A stretch of 64,000 bases of DNA from a virus. Taxonomy: Duplodnaviria > Caudoviricetes. This document shows, in pieces, positions 50,329 to 58,468 of the stretch. Each line of letters opens with the position of its first letter. Positions within the stretch are counted from its first letter, which is position 1. The DNA lies in the IMG/VR virus record IMGVR_UViG_3300045595_000041, positions 1 through 64,000 of that record; one strand, given 5' to 3'. The notes beneath the pieces are model-generated. The model did not search any database, had not been told where the DNA came from, and saw only the letters and a program-made list of their open reading frames with translations. The position numbers and the translations under genes are program-made.

Positions 50329-51371
50329 TGCACTACATTCCAGGTAGAAGCTTGAGAATAGCTTTCGTCACGCATAAAAGCAATCTTCATGGAAGCCTGA
50401 CTTGGTTCAATTCTATGAAGGAGATAGAGTTTTTGAAGCAAGTATTCAAGGGCTCTGTTGTTGATGGCGTAAGCATGAAGCCTGATGCTAAAGATTTCAA
50501 TACTACGTTCAAGCAGGCATCTAAAAGACGTTACGACCTGATCGTCATGAATCTTCAGAAGAAGTATGATTCTGAAAGAAAGCACGCTGGCTTCAAAATG
50601 ATGAATGATTTCATCAAGCAATCTGAAGCGCCTGTGCTAGCGCTTGTAGATGATGTAGTGATAGCAGAATCGCCATCTACGAATATGTCTTCTTTCGACA
50701 ACAAGATGGCAGTGATAGGAATGAAGATAGACAGCAAGAAGCTGAAAGATGCTGGATATCATAATGTCGTCATCTCTAACAGAATCAAAGACATGTCTGT
50801 CATGCTGAAGTCAAATAGACGTTTCATTACTTCGGCTAAGTCTGTAGACTTCGCTTACATTGGAATGCTTCGCAACAAGAGACTTAGACTAGTAGTAGAT
50901 GCTTTCAATGCTCTTTCGAGAGCAGGATATTCATGCAAATTCTATGGAGCTGATGCTATCTATGACATGGATTCAGAAGAATCTTCTAATATTCTGCATT
51001 CTGCTGAGTTTGAAGTGCTAGACAAAGTAGATGCTGATAAAGTAGTAGACGTCATGTCTGAAGCTATATACTCCATTCTTCCAAGATACGATTATGGAAA
51101 AGACATATTCTCAAACAGGATATACGAAGATGATTCTGCTAACTGCTTGATGCTAGCAGATGAGCAATATGGCCTCCATGACATTTTCGATAAGGAAGTA
51201 AGATATCAGAATGACAAGGATCTGATAGCTTTAGTCAAGCTGTTCGATGATCATCCAGAACTGCAGTCGTACATGCTTGACCAGCAGCATGTAAGCGTAG
51301 AGAGAGAATATCATGCTTCCAGAGCAGAGCTAGAGCAAGCTTTGATAGATTCTGTAAAAGAGCTTCTGTGA
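50328..51371 (+). CDS. T4 DNA beta-glucosyltransferase-like GT-B enzyme
   Basis: Collinear, by recall, with T4 Bgt: RIAF, KEIEFL, YDLIVMN, ALVDD, DFAYIG..R, KFYG, S.AI..I, RIYE..A...L.DE.Y, ML..QH; similar length. Confidence 0.65.
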   Translation: MHYIPGRSLRIAFVTHKSNLHGSLTWFNSMKEIEFLKQVFKGSVVDGVSMKPDAKDFNTTFKQASKRRYDLIVMNLQKKYDSERKHAGFKMMNDFIKQSEAPVLALVDDVVIAESPSTNMSSFDNKMAVIGMKIDSKKLKDAGYHNVVISNRIKDMSVMLKSNRRFITSAKSVDFAYIGMLRNKRLRLVVDAFNALSRAGYSCKFYGADAIYDMDSEESSNILHSAEFEVLDKVDADKVVDVMSEAIYSILPRYDYGKDIFSNRIYEDDSANCLMLADEQYGLHDIFDKEVRYQNDKDLIALVKLFDDHPELQSYMLDQQHVSVEREYHASRAELEQALIDSVKELL

Positions 51372-52288
51372 TGAGCTTAGGAAGACTTTCTGCTATAGAG
51401 ATAATCAGAAGATATCGTCCAGACAGCAGAATCATAGTAAGCGGAAGCTGGATACGACATTCTTGCATAATCGATACGGTAGATCCGCATCACAATCACG
51501 GTGACAGAAATCCGTCTGCAGGTCTGAACAGCCAATCTGGAGCTTATCTTTGCTTTGCATATTCTGCTCATGCTTTGTCATTCAACAAGCTGAAGCAGAT
51601 AATGCATCTGCAGTATGACTTCGAGTCTGAAAGAAGAGAGCTGCCATCTGACTTCAAGAAAGCTATGGAGTCTAAAGTATCGAATGATGACAAGCATCTC
51701 ATAGACCTAAGACCATACAAGCGAGTCAATCATCAATACATGCTAGACAGGGGCTTTCTAGAGTCTACTCTTGATGCTGCAGACATAAGGTATGACGACA
51801 TCAATGAAAGAATAGTCATACCAGTGTATGAAGACGGAATGTGCGTAGGATATCAAAGCAGAGCAATAAGAGATTCTCAGTTCCCAAGATACAAGAACAG
51901 CAAAGGCTTCGACAAGTCAGAGCATGTCTATTCGATATCTGCTTTAGACGAATCTATGCCATTGATCGTATTCGAGTCACCAATGTCTGTAATGCGAGCT
52001 TATGACTATGGCATGACTAATTGCGTTGCGACATTTGGAAGCAAGATATCTGACAAGCAAGCTGAATTCATCAATGCATTTAGAGATGTTTTGCTATGGT
52101 TTGACGGTGATGGTGCTGGTCAATGGGGAATAAGGCAAGCAATCAAGAAGCTATCATCTACTGACCTGAGGATAGTGGATTCTAAAGACCTTGGCACTAA
52201 AGACATAGCTGACATAAGTCAGAATGAAGCTATAGTCAAGATAGTCTCAGCTAAGACTGCTTTAGAATACGCTATTGATTATATTTGA
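51368..52288 (+). CDS. dnaG: DNA primase (DnaG-type TOPRIM)
   Basis: HGDRNPS, RIVIPV, PRYKNS, VFES, FDGDGAG, KDIAD. Confidence 0.88.
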   Translation: MMSLGRLSAIEIIRRYRPDSRIIVSGSWIRHSCIIDTVDPHHNHGDRNPSAGLNSQSGAYLCFAYSAHALSFNKLKQIMHLQYDFESERRELPSDFKKAMESKVSNDDKHLIDLRPYKRVNHQYMLDRGFLESTLDAADIRYDDINERIVIPVYEDGMCVGYQSRAIRDSQFPRYKNSKGFDKSEHVYSISALDESMPLIVFESPMSVMRAYDYGMTNCVATFGSKISDKQAEFINAFRDVLLWFDGDGAGQWGIRQAIKKLSSTDLRIVDSKDLGTKDIADISQNEAIVKIVSAKTALEYAIDYI

Positions 52289-52306
52289 TATTAGATAGCT
52301 ATTCTG

Positions 52307-52414
52307 TATATCATCAGAATTACGACGTTTATCTCTATGAACTTCAAGTATCAAAGATATATAATTATATATACATAAAATTCTAAGTTCACAGATAACA
52401 ACGTCGTTAATCTG
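52307..52414. repeat. Dispersed palindromic element, copy G
   Basis: ACGT cores at 52325 and 52401; axis at 52364/52365. Confidence 0.9.
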
Positions 52415-52422
52415 TACTAGAT

Positions 52423-52451
52423 TTTACAATTGTTCAATAATGATATATAAT
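52423..52451 (+). promoter_or_regulatory. Sigma70-type promoter
   Basis: TTTACA-N17-TATAAT. Confidence 0.75.
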
Positions 52452-52480
52452 ATAAATATAGTTGAATAGAAAGGACTTAA

Positions 52481-53419
52481 ATGTCAACTACGTTAAAAGA
52501 TCTGCAAGCATTTATAGATGACAATCTTGATAAAGTCATTCATAGAGGAATAGATTGCAAATATACTGACGATAAGCTGCAATTCAAAGACGATGACAAT
52601 CTGTACAATATTTCGCCTGTTGCAATATCAGAACTTTCTGCTATTCTGCATTTGCCAAACAAGTATATAGAATCTATCCCTTCAGATTTGCGTACAATGA
52701 ACATCATGTACTTTTTGATGCGTTTCGATGGCAATCTTACATTCTCTATCTCAGATGACTCTATTTCTGAAGTCATAGAATCAGACAATGTAAGGCCTGT
52801 CGACAGCATCATCTCAGAGCTTTCAGAAGTGTTCGATGCAAATGAAGTCAATGTCATTCAGCCAGAGATTGACAACAAGCATATCTCAATGTGGATTTAT
52901 TTTGCAGATGAAGTTGCGACTTCTAAGTTCGGTACATTCAATCAAGGGTACAATCTTTATATTGGAACAGGCAAGAAAGATTCTGTGTATTGCAATCCTA
53001 TTCTTGTCAATCCACTTGAAGAAACAGCTATTGAAGTATTGGTCGATGACGATGATGAAGTAGACAATTCGTCTATAACAGAAAAAATTGAATACGTCAT
53101 GTTATTCAAGAATGTCTTTGATGCGCTTAATCTAGCTTCTGAAAATAGAATAGAAGACGTTAATGTATTCTTCGATATTATGTCTTCCGGTTTTCATATG
53201 ACTTCTAAAGCTAAGAAAGCTGTACTAGAAGAATTGCAATTGTCAGATACTTCTACTATATCTGATGCAATAAAAGCTTCATTGTCTGCAGAGACTAGAA
53301 TGAAGAAGCTTTCAGACGTCAAGTCTATCGCTACATTTATAGGAAAGTACTCTGAATTCAAGAACCCGAAATTCTGCTCTGAATGCGGACAACCAATCAT
53401 TGAGGATGTGAATCTTTGA
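52481..53419 (+). CDS. Hypothetical protein (possibly DUF932-like) with C-terminal Zn ribbon
   Basis: L..L.LP.KY....P..L...N motif; CSECG at C-terminus. Confidence 0.55.
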   Translation: MSTTLKDLQAFIDDNLDKVIHRGIDCKYTDDKLQFKDDDNLYNISPVAISELSAILHLPNKYIESIPSDLRTMNIMYFLMRFDGNLTFSISDDSISEVIESDNVRPVDSIISELSEVFDANEVNVIQPEIDNKHISMWIYFADEVATSKFGTFNQGYNLYIGTGKKDSVYCNPILVNPLEETAIEVLVDDDDEVDNSSITEKIEYVMLFKNVFDALNLASENRIEDVNVFFDIMSSGFHMTSKAKKAVLEELQLSDTSTISDAIKASLSAETRMKKLSDVKSIATFIGKYSEFKNPKFCSECGQPIIEDVNL

Positions 53420-54417
53420 AGCTAGCAATATTGATCACAGAGAAAGATTCAGAAGCATCGCTTGTCAATATCATCAATGATGCTATGCATGTCAATGATG
53501 CTAAGATATTCGTAGTAGATGACGGGTCAAGAATTCCAATCTCTATAGAATGCAATAGCAAACTAACAGTTTTCAGGCATGATAAGAACATTGGCTATGG
53601 AGCAGAAATGAACTTTCTGCTTGATTGCATAAAGGATGACGACTTCGATTATGTCATGTTTGCAGAAGCAGATGACAGAATAGATTATGTCAATCTCAAT
53701 GAAGTCTTGCAAAAAGTTAGCAACTTGCCATGCTACTATGACATGATCAAGTGCTCGTATTACAAGAGACAGACACCAGAAAGTGAGTTTTGCATTCCAG
53801 AATCTGAATTAGCTTTCTATGAAGATGGTCTTCTGAAGAACAAAGACATTCCTATGATGTTAGATCATCATAATGCTATCTGGTCTATTCTTTATTCTTC
53901 TGCATTTATAGAGAATCATAGTTTTGTAGAGGCTAAAGGTGCTGGATGGGTAGACATACCTTTTGCGTATGATACTTTGCTAGATGCTGATGCTATATAC
54001 AGAATTGCAACACCAATCTACAAATATACATTGCATAACGTCACTAATTCATCAGATGTTTTCGATGCATCTACTCCATTTGCAAGATTGCTAGATGTTC
54101 AGAAGATTTTGTTTGATGAAGGCATAGACAATGTTCCTGTAGAAGTTCTGTGGTGCTATATTCATCAAATTCTGAAAATGATAGATCTTTGCTTCTACAA
54201 CAAACGAAAGCTTTCTGAATATCAAACCAGCAGATTTGCTATCTATCAATGCATGAACTTCATATACAGCATCGTGAATGACAGATCATTTGCTAACATA
54301 TTGCGTGTCTTCAAGAATGACAGAAGTCTTCTTGACGATGTATCTTCAGAGCAAATAGCTATTTTAGACGACTTCAATAAGAACGGCAATATAGACAAAT
54401 GGATAAGCAGTCTTTAA
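53416..54417 (+). CDS. Glycosyltransferase family 2
   Basis: VVDDGS, N.GYG, FAEADD, AIWS..Y, GAGWVDIPF. Confidence 0.85.
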   Translation: MKLAILITEKDSEASLVNIINDAMHVNDAKIFVVDDGSRIPISIECNSKLTVFRHDKNIGYGAEMNFLLDCIKDDDFDYVMFAEADDRIDYVNLNEVLQKVSNLPCYYDMIKCSYYKRQTPESEFCIPESELAFYEDGLLKNKDIPMMLDHHNAIWSILYSSAFIENHSFVEAKGAGWVDIPFAYDTLLDADAIYRIATPIYKYTLHNVTNSSDVFDASTPFARLLDVQKILFDEGIDNVPVEVLWCYIHQILKMIDLCFYNKRKLSEYQTSRFAIYQCMNFIYSIVNDRSFANILRVFKNDRSLLDDVSSEQIAILDDFNKNGNIDKWISSL

Positions 54418-54878
54418 GAAAAGTCTTAGAAGCATTTCAGAACGATGCTGGTGCATCTGAAACAGAGAAAGCATTAGCGACTAGACTTCTTAAGACTATT
54501 CCTAAACTGTCTATTGTAAGTGAAGACAAATCAGTAGACATAGCTTTCGACATTGCGATGTCATCCGACCTAAGAATGGAAATAGCTAAGATTGCTTCTT
54601 CATATGGCTGTGTCATAGTATATGATAATGATACGACGTACATAAGAGGAAGACACAATCAAGCTGTCGCTTTCAAGTACATAGTAGACAATGCTTTGTC
54701 TTTATGCAAAGATATCGATGATATAGACGTAGCGATAGCTGTTCTTAGAAAGATAGGCGAATCTAAATACAGTATCGTTGCATCATTGCCAGACGTAAAA
54801 GACTGCAATGTAGAATATGTGAAGACGAAGCATATTGGAAAACGAAAAATGAACAAAGCTGATAAGCTACTTTCTTAA
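54399..54878 (+). CDS. Hypothetical protein
   Basis: 159-aa coupled ORF. Confidence 0.6.
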   Translation: MDKQSLRKVLEAFQNDAGASETEKALATRLLKTIPKLSIVSEDKSVDIAFDIAMSSDLRMEIAKIASSYGCVIVYDNDTTYIRGRHNQAVAFKYIVDNALSLCKDIDDIDVAIAVLRKIGESKYSIVASLPDVKDCNVEYVKTKHIGKRKMNKADKLLS

Positions 54879-54903
54879 TAGTTTCATATTATATCATCTG
54901 TAT

Positions 54904-54932
54904 TTTACAATCTTCAGCAAATGGTATATAAT
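54904..54932 (+). promoter_or_regulatory. Sigma70-type promoter
   Basis: TTTACA-N17-TATAAT. Confidence 0.75.
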
Positions 54933-54971
54933 ATAAATATAAGGATAAAACAAGCAATGAAAGGAAAAGCA

Positions 54972-55604
54972 ATGAAGACAGCTATCGTACCAAGGCATCC
55001 ATTCACAGAGGTTTCTAGCAGCAGTATGAAAGCTTGGGTGTCAGAAGCTTCTAAAGAAGATGTTCTTCAAGAAGTTTCAGAATACAATGACAATCTAGAA
55101 AAATTCGAAAAAGCTGTAGTTAAAGCCAATAGAAGCGATGCTTCTGTAAAGACATACTCTGATGCATATGTTCATGCATCTAAGCTTGCAGCATACTTCA
55201 ATGCTGCATTAGACAAAATCAAGAATATCGCTATTCAAATTGGAACTTTTGAATCTGACGAATACAGTCTGAAATTCTCAGTTGAAGGTGGCAAAGAAAA
55301 AGCTAGAGAATACGATCTAGATGCTCTTAAGAAAGATCATCCAGATGTATACAGAAAAGTCACATTCAAGAATGGCAAGCCAATGCTTAAAGCAGATCGC
55401 AAAAAGCTTGATGATGAAGCTAGCAGACTGAAGGCAGAGCTTCAAGAAGTCAATAAGAAGATCATTGAAGACAATGCCAACAAGCAAGTCTATGTAAATG
55501 AGCAGCTTTTTGACAATGCTGTAGAATCTGATCCAGATATTGCTAATTACAGAACAATCAAGTACGGATCTAAGCGTTTCCAGGTTCGAGAGCTTAAGGA
55601 TTAA
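54972..55604 (+). CDS. Hypothetical coiled-coil protein
   Basis: RBS AAGGA before ATG 54972. Confidence 0.65.
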   Translation: MKTAIVPRHPFTEVSSSSMKAWVSEASKEDVLQEVSEYNDNLEKFEKAVVKANRSDASVKTYSDAYVHASKLAAYFNAALDKIKNIAIQIGTFESDEYSLKFSVEGGKEKAREYDLDALKKDHPDVYRKVTFKNGKPMLKADRKKLDDEASRLKAELQEVNKKIIEDNANKQVYVNEQLFDNAVESDPDIANYRTIKYGSKRFQVRELKD

Positions 55605-55607
55605 GTC

Positions 55608-56147
55608 TTGCTTCTATCGGATACTTCTATCAAAAGAATCAATGCTATCGAGCCATTCAATGAAGACAATTTGCAAGCAGCGTCATATGATTTGACATTA
55701 AGCAACGTATTCATTGTTACAGATGCAGAAATACTATGTCCTGGAGATGCAAGTCTTACAAGAAAATGCTGCTCCACAAAATTAGTAGCGCATCAGTACA
55801 AGCTTATGCCTAATGAATTCATCTTGTCTTCTACTATTGAGAAAGTAAGAATTCCCAATAACATTGGAGCAAGATTCGAAGGCAAATCATCTCTAGGTCG
55901 CATTGGATTAGCTACTCATATAACTGCAGGCTTCATTGATCCAGGTTTTGAAGGCAACATCACGCTTGAGATAAAGAATGAAGCATCGTATCCAATACTT
56001 CTCACTTGTGGGATGAAGATAGGACAGATATGCTTCTACTATATGGATGAAGCTAGTTCTGAACCGTATGGAAGCACTAGCAAGTCGCACTATCAGAACC
56101 AGTTATCAGCGACTAGTTCATGGTATGTATCTAGTTTTACAAAGTAG
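55608..56147 (+). CDS. dcd: dCTP deaminase
   Basis: QAASYDL, EGKSSLGRIGL..H.TAGFIDPGFEG.ITLE, Y..Q. Confidence 0.92.
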   Translation: MLLSDTSIKRINAIEPFNEDNLQAASYDLTLSNVFIVTDAEILCPGDASLTRKCCSTKLVAHQYKLMPNEFILSSTIEKVRIPNNIGARFEGKSSLGRIGLATHITAGFIDPGFEGNITLEIKNEASYPILLTCGMKIGQICFYYMDEASSEPYGSTSKSHYQNQLSATSSWYVSSFTK

Positions 56148-56164
56148 CATAAGTAATATATAAT
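56136..56164 (+). promoter_or_regulatory. Sigma70-type promoter
   Basis: TTTACA-N17-TATAAT. Confidence 0.65.
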
Positions 56165-56201
56165 TATATTAAATAGTTTTATTATGAATATGGAGAATAA
56201 T

Positions 56202-56675
56202 ATGAAGGTCTCAGAGGAATTCAGACAAGCTATTGATAAGCCAGAAGGCAATATCAGAGTATATTTTGCTAATTCGTGGTTCAATGAAAATAAAGCAAAA
56301 GCTTCTGATTTAGGTTTCGATGTTCTAAAGAAGTTCGATGTGGAAGTATTCAATCCGCGTTTTGATTCTCCACAAATTGGAAAGAATCCAACAGAAGCTG
56401 AACGACAAGCTAATTTCGATGCAAATCTTTCTGCTATGCGAAGTTCAGATGTTCTTATCGCTTCTACAGAAGGACTTGATTCTGGCACTATCTGGGAATG
56501 CGGCTATGGTTCTGCTTTAGGAATTCCAACATTTGGTTTTGCACCATTGCTTCCAGAAGGTGTGCCATTCAATCTAATGCTTGCACAATCTATGAAGCAT
56601 ATCTTCCTTTCAAGCGAAGCTCTTGCTTCTTATCTTAAAGATGGCAAAGAGCCTGACAGGATTGGTGCTTGCTAA
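56202..56675 (+). CDS. Nucleoside 2-deoxyribosyltransferase / nucleotide N-hydrolase family protein
   Basis: VYFANSWF, VFNP, DSGTIWECGYG, NLML. Confidence 0.85.
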   Translation: MKVSEEFRQAIDKPEGNIRVYFANSWFNENKAKASDLGFDVLKKFDVEVFNPRFDSPQIGKNPTEAERQANFDANLSAMRSSDVLIASTEGLDSGTIWECGYGSALGIPTFGFAPLLPEGVPFNLMLAQSMKHIFLSSEALASYLKDGKEPDRIGAC

Positions 56676-57214
56676 TGTTGACTGATGAAGACATTGTAGA
56701 TTCAGTAATCGATTCTGCGAATGAGATTAGTGGACAAGCTTATGTAGTCAGATACAATGGAAAGCCAACTTTGCATAGGCAGAATCTTTATGAGCATCAT
56801 GGATCTGTAGCTCAGTTGCTGCTGTTGCTATTCAAAGTCTATGATGTTCCAGAATTCGAGCAATTGAATGCTTTGAAACGTGCTTTGACGCATGATTTGC
56901 CAGAGATATGGCTTGCTGACATCCCGTTCAACACTCATGTAGACAATCCGCATTTTTCTGAAGCATATGACAATTCTGAGCAGAAGATACTGAATAGCAA
57001 GCTAGACAAGTTCGACTATTCAGTCTCAAAGTATAGCAGAGTATGGCATTTAGTGAAAGCAGCAGATTGCTTAGATGTAGTCTTGTTCTGCAAGCAAGAG
57101 TTCAATCTTGGCAACAAGTCAGATACAGTCATGTCTATGTACAAGCAGGATGTAGAGCTAGCTGCAAAGCATTTAAGAGAATTGGATAGCAATTATGCAA
57201 GATTTGAAAAGTAG
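56675..57214 (+). CDS. HD-domain 5'-deoxynucleotidase (YfbR-like)
   Basis: R...QNLYEH, ALTHDLPE...DI, VKAADCLD. Confidence 0.85.
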   Translation: MLTDEDIVDSVIDSANEISGQAYVVRYNGKPTLHRQNLYEHHGSVAQLLLLLFKVYDVPEFEQLNALKRALTHDLPEIWLADIPFNTHVDNPHFSEAYDNSEQKILNSKLDKFDYSVSKYSRVWHLVKAADCLDVVLFCKQEFNLGNKSDTVMSMYKQDVELAAKHLRELDSNYARFEK

Positions 57215-57656
57215 ACTTAAGTTCAACAAAGAAGTACTAGATGCTAAAGCATCTCAGATTGATGAGATGGTAGAGTCTGTAATCAAAGACGTCAATGACG
57301 GAAAGAGCTTCAAAGACGCATCTAACAAGTATGGCAAGTCACCATACAATGTAAGACGCTTCATAAAAGCGTATCTTTTCAAGCATGATCTGTCTACTAG
57401 CGACATCTTCGAAGACAATATGAAGAGCATTGGCGGAAAGTATCATAGAGAAGACATGCAAGAGCTCATTGACAAGATCTCAGAAATCGCTGAATTTGTG
57501 AAAGAAGGGCATACTATTGCAGATGCTAGCAAAGCGTTCAATGTGTCAGCAATGACTATCTACAAGTATCTGGCCATTCTGCTGTATGTAGACCCTGTTG
57601 CTGGAGCAGAGTATAGGACTATGACAGACTCTCATAAGTTTGGCATCAGAAAATGA
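57195..57656 (+). CDS. HTH DNA-binding protein
   Basis: Two HTH-like segments (G.S.KDA..KYG.S; G.TIADA...FNVS..TI.KY). Confidence 0.6.
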   Translation: MQDLKSRLKFNKEVLDAKASQIDEMVESVIKDVNDGKSFKDASNKYGKSPYNVRRFIKAYLFKHDLSTSDIFEDNMKSIGGKYHREDMQELIDKISEIAEFVKEGHTIADASKAFNVSAMTIYKYLAILLYVDPVAGAEYRTMTDSHKFGIRK

Positions 57657-57874
57657 GCACAGAGATAGTATTTGAAGACGAAAGCAAGCCATCGCTTCTT
57701 TCTTATCATTTTGAAGAAGACAGCAATGGGAACGATGTCCTTGTAGTAGCAGATTCTAATGACGAAGTCAATGGCATGCGATTCTCATATCCTGAAGACG
57801 TATTAGCATTCTCTTGTGTACTGAAAGATGCTTATGCTGACTTCAAGAGCAGAAAGGCTACATCAGATGAATAA
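57653..57874 (+). CDS. Hypothetical protein
   Basis: 73-aa coupled ORF. Confidence 0.55.
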   Translation: MSTEIVFEDESKPSLLSYHFEEDSNGNDVLVVADSNDEVNGMRFSYPEDVLAFSCVLKDAYADFKSRKATSDE

Positions 57875-58256
57875 GTCTTGGGGAGTAGTAGTGTCGTTTG
57901 ACACTAAGCTCATGTCTGGATCTGTCAATGTAGCTAGCGGTTATGTTACAGCATTCATGGCTGTCAATACTAGCGTCATCAGAATTCCACAGCCTGGAGA
58001 GCTATGGAAGCTAGACTACGACAATGGCTCGTATTCATTTGATTCGCCATTTGCGAAAGACATGAGTGAAGATGCCAGAATACTTCAAGCAGGAGACACT
58101 CTCATATCTACACCAGAGATTATGAGCATAAAAGCTAAAAGGCTCGATCTGAAAGATAGCAATGGCGATCTGCTTGATGAGATTGATGGAACAGTCTCTA
58201 CTAGCAGGATGCCAAAGCAATGGCTGATCGATCTGATAAAAGATGTGATTAAGTAG
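57867..58256 (+). CDS. Hypothetical protein (OB-fold/spike-like N-terminus?)
   Basis: GVVVSFD...IPQPGELW; start moved to ATG 57867. Confidence 0.5.
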   Translation: MNKSWGVVVSFDTKLMSGSVNVASGYVTAFMAVNTSVIRIPQPGELWKLDYDNGSYSFDSPFAKDMSEDARILQAGDTLISTPEIMSIKAKRLDLKDSNGDLLDEIDGTVSTSRMPKQWLIDLIKDVIK

Positions 58257-58468
58257 TGCTTGTAGAGATTGGCGACATGAAACTTACTCCGAAATTCCAG
58301 TGCTTTGATTCGTATGGCCCATTCGTTCTGAAAAGAGATGCTATAGAGGCATGCGCCAATCTTACTTCTGATTTAGCTGTGGCGTATGAGCAATTGCAAG
58401 CATACAAGTTGCAGAATGACATTCTTGTTGCTAGGCTTTCACGTTTAGAAAGAAATATGAATCTATGA
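58256..58468 (+). CDS. Hypothetical protein
   Basis: 70-aa coupled ORF. Confidence 0.5.
   Translation: MLVEIGDMKLTPKFQCFDSYGPFVLKRDAIEACANLTSDLAVAYEQLQAYKLQNDILVARLSRLERNMNL

Noticed and set aside
3493-52414. Palindromic repeats as a CRISPR array or integron attC sites
   Set aside because: Copies are kilobases apart and bracket multi-gene core blocks. No cas or integron integrase gene is visible, and the ends (GTTAATC) do not fit the GTTRRRY consensus.
56675-57214. Z-genome (2-aminoadenine) pathway suggested by HD hydrolase and MazG-like genes
   Set aside because: No PurZ/PurA-like gene in the window; these families are common without it.
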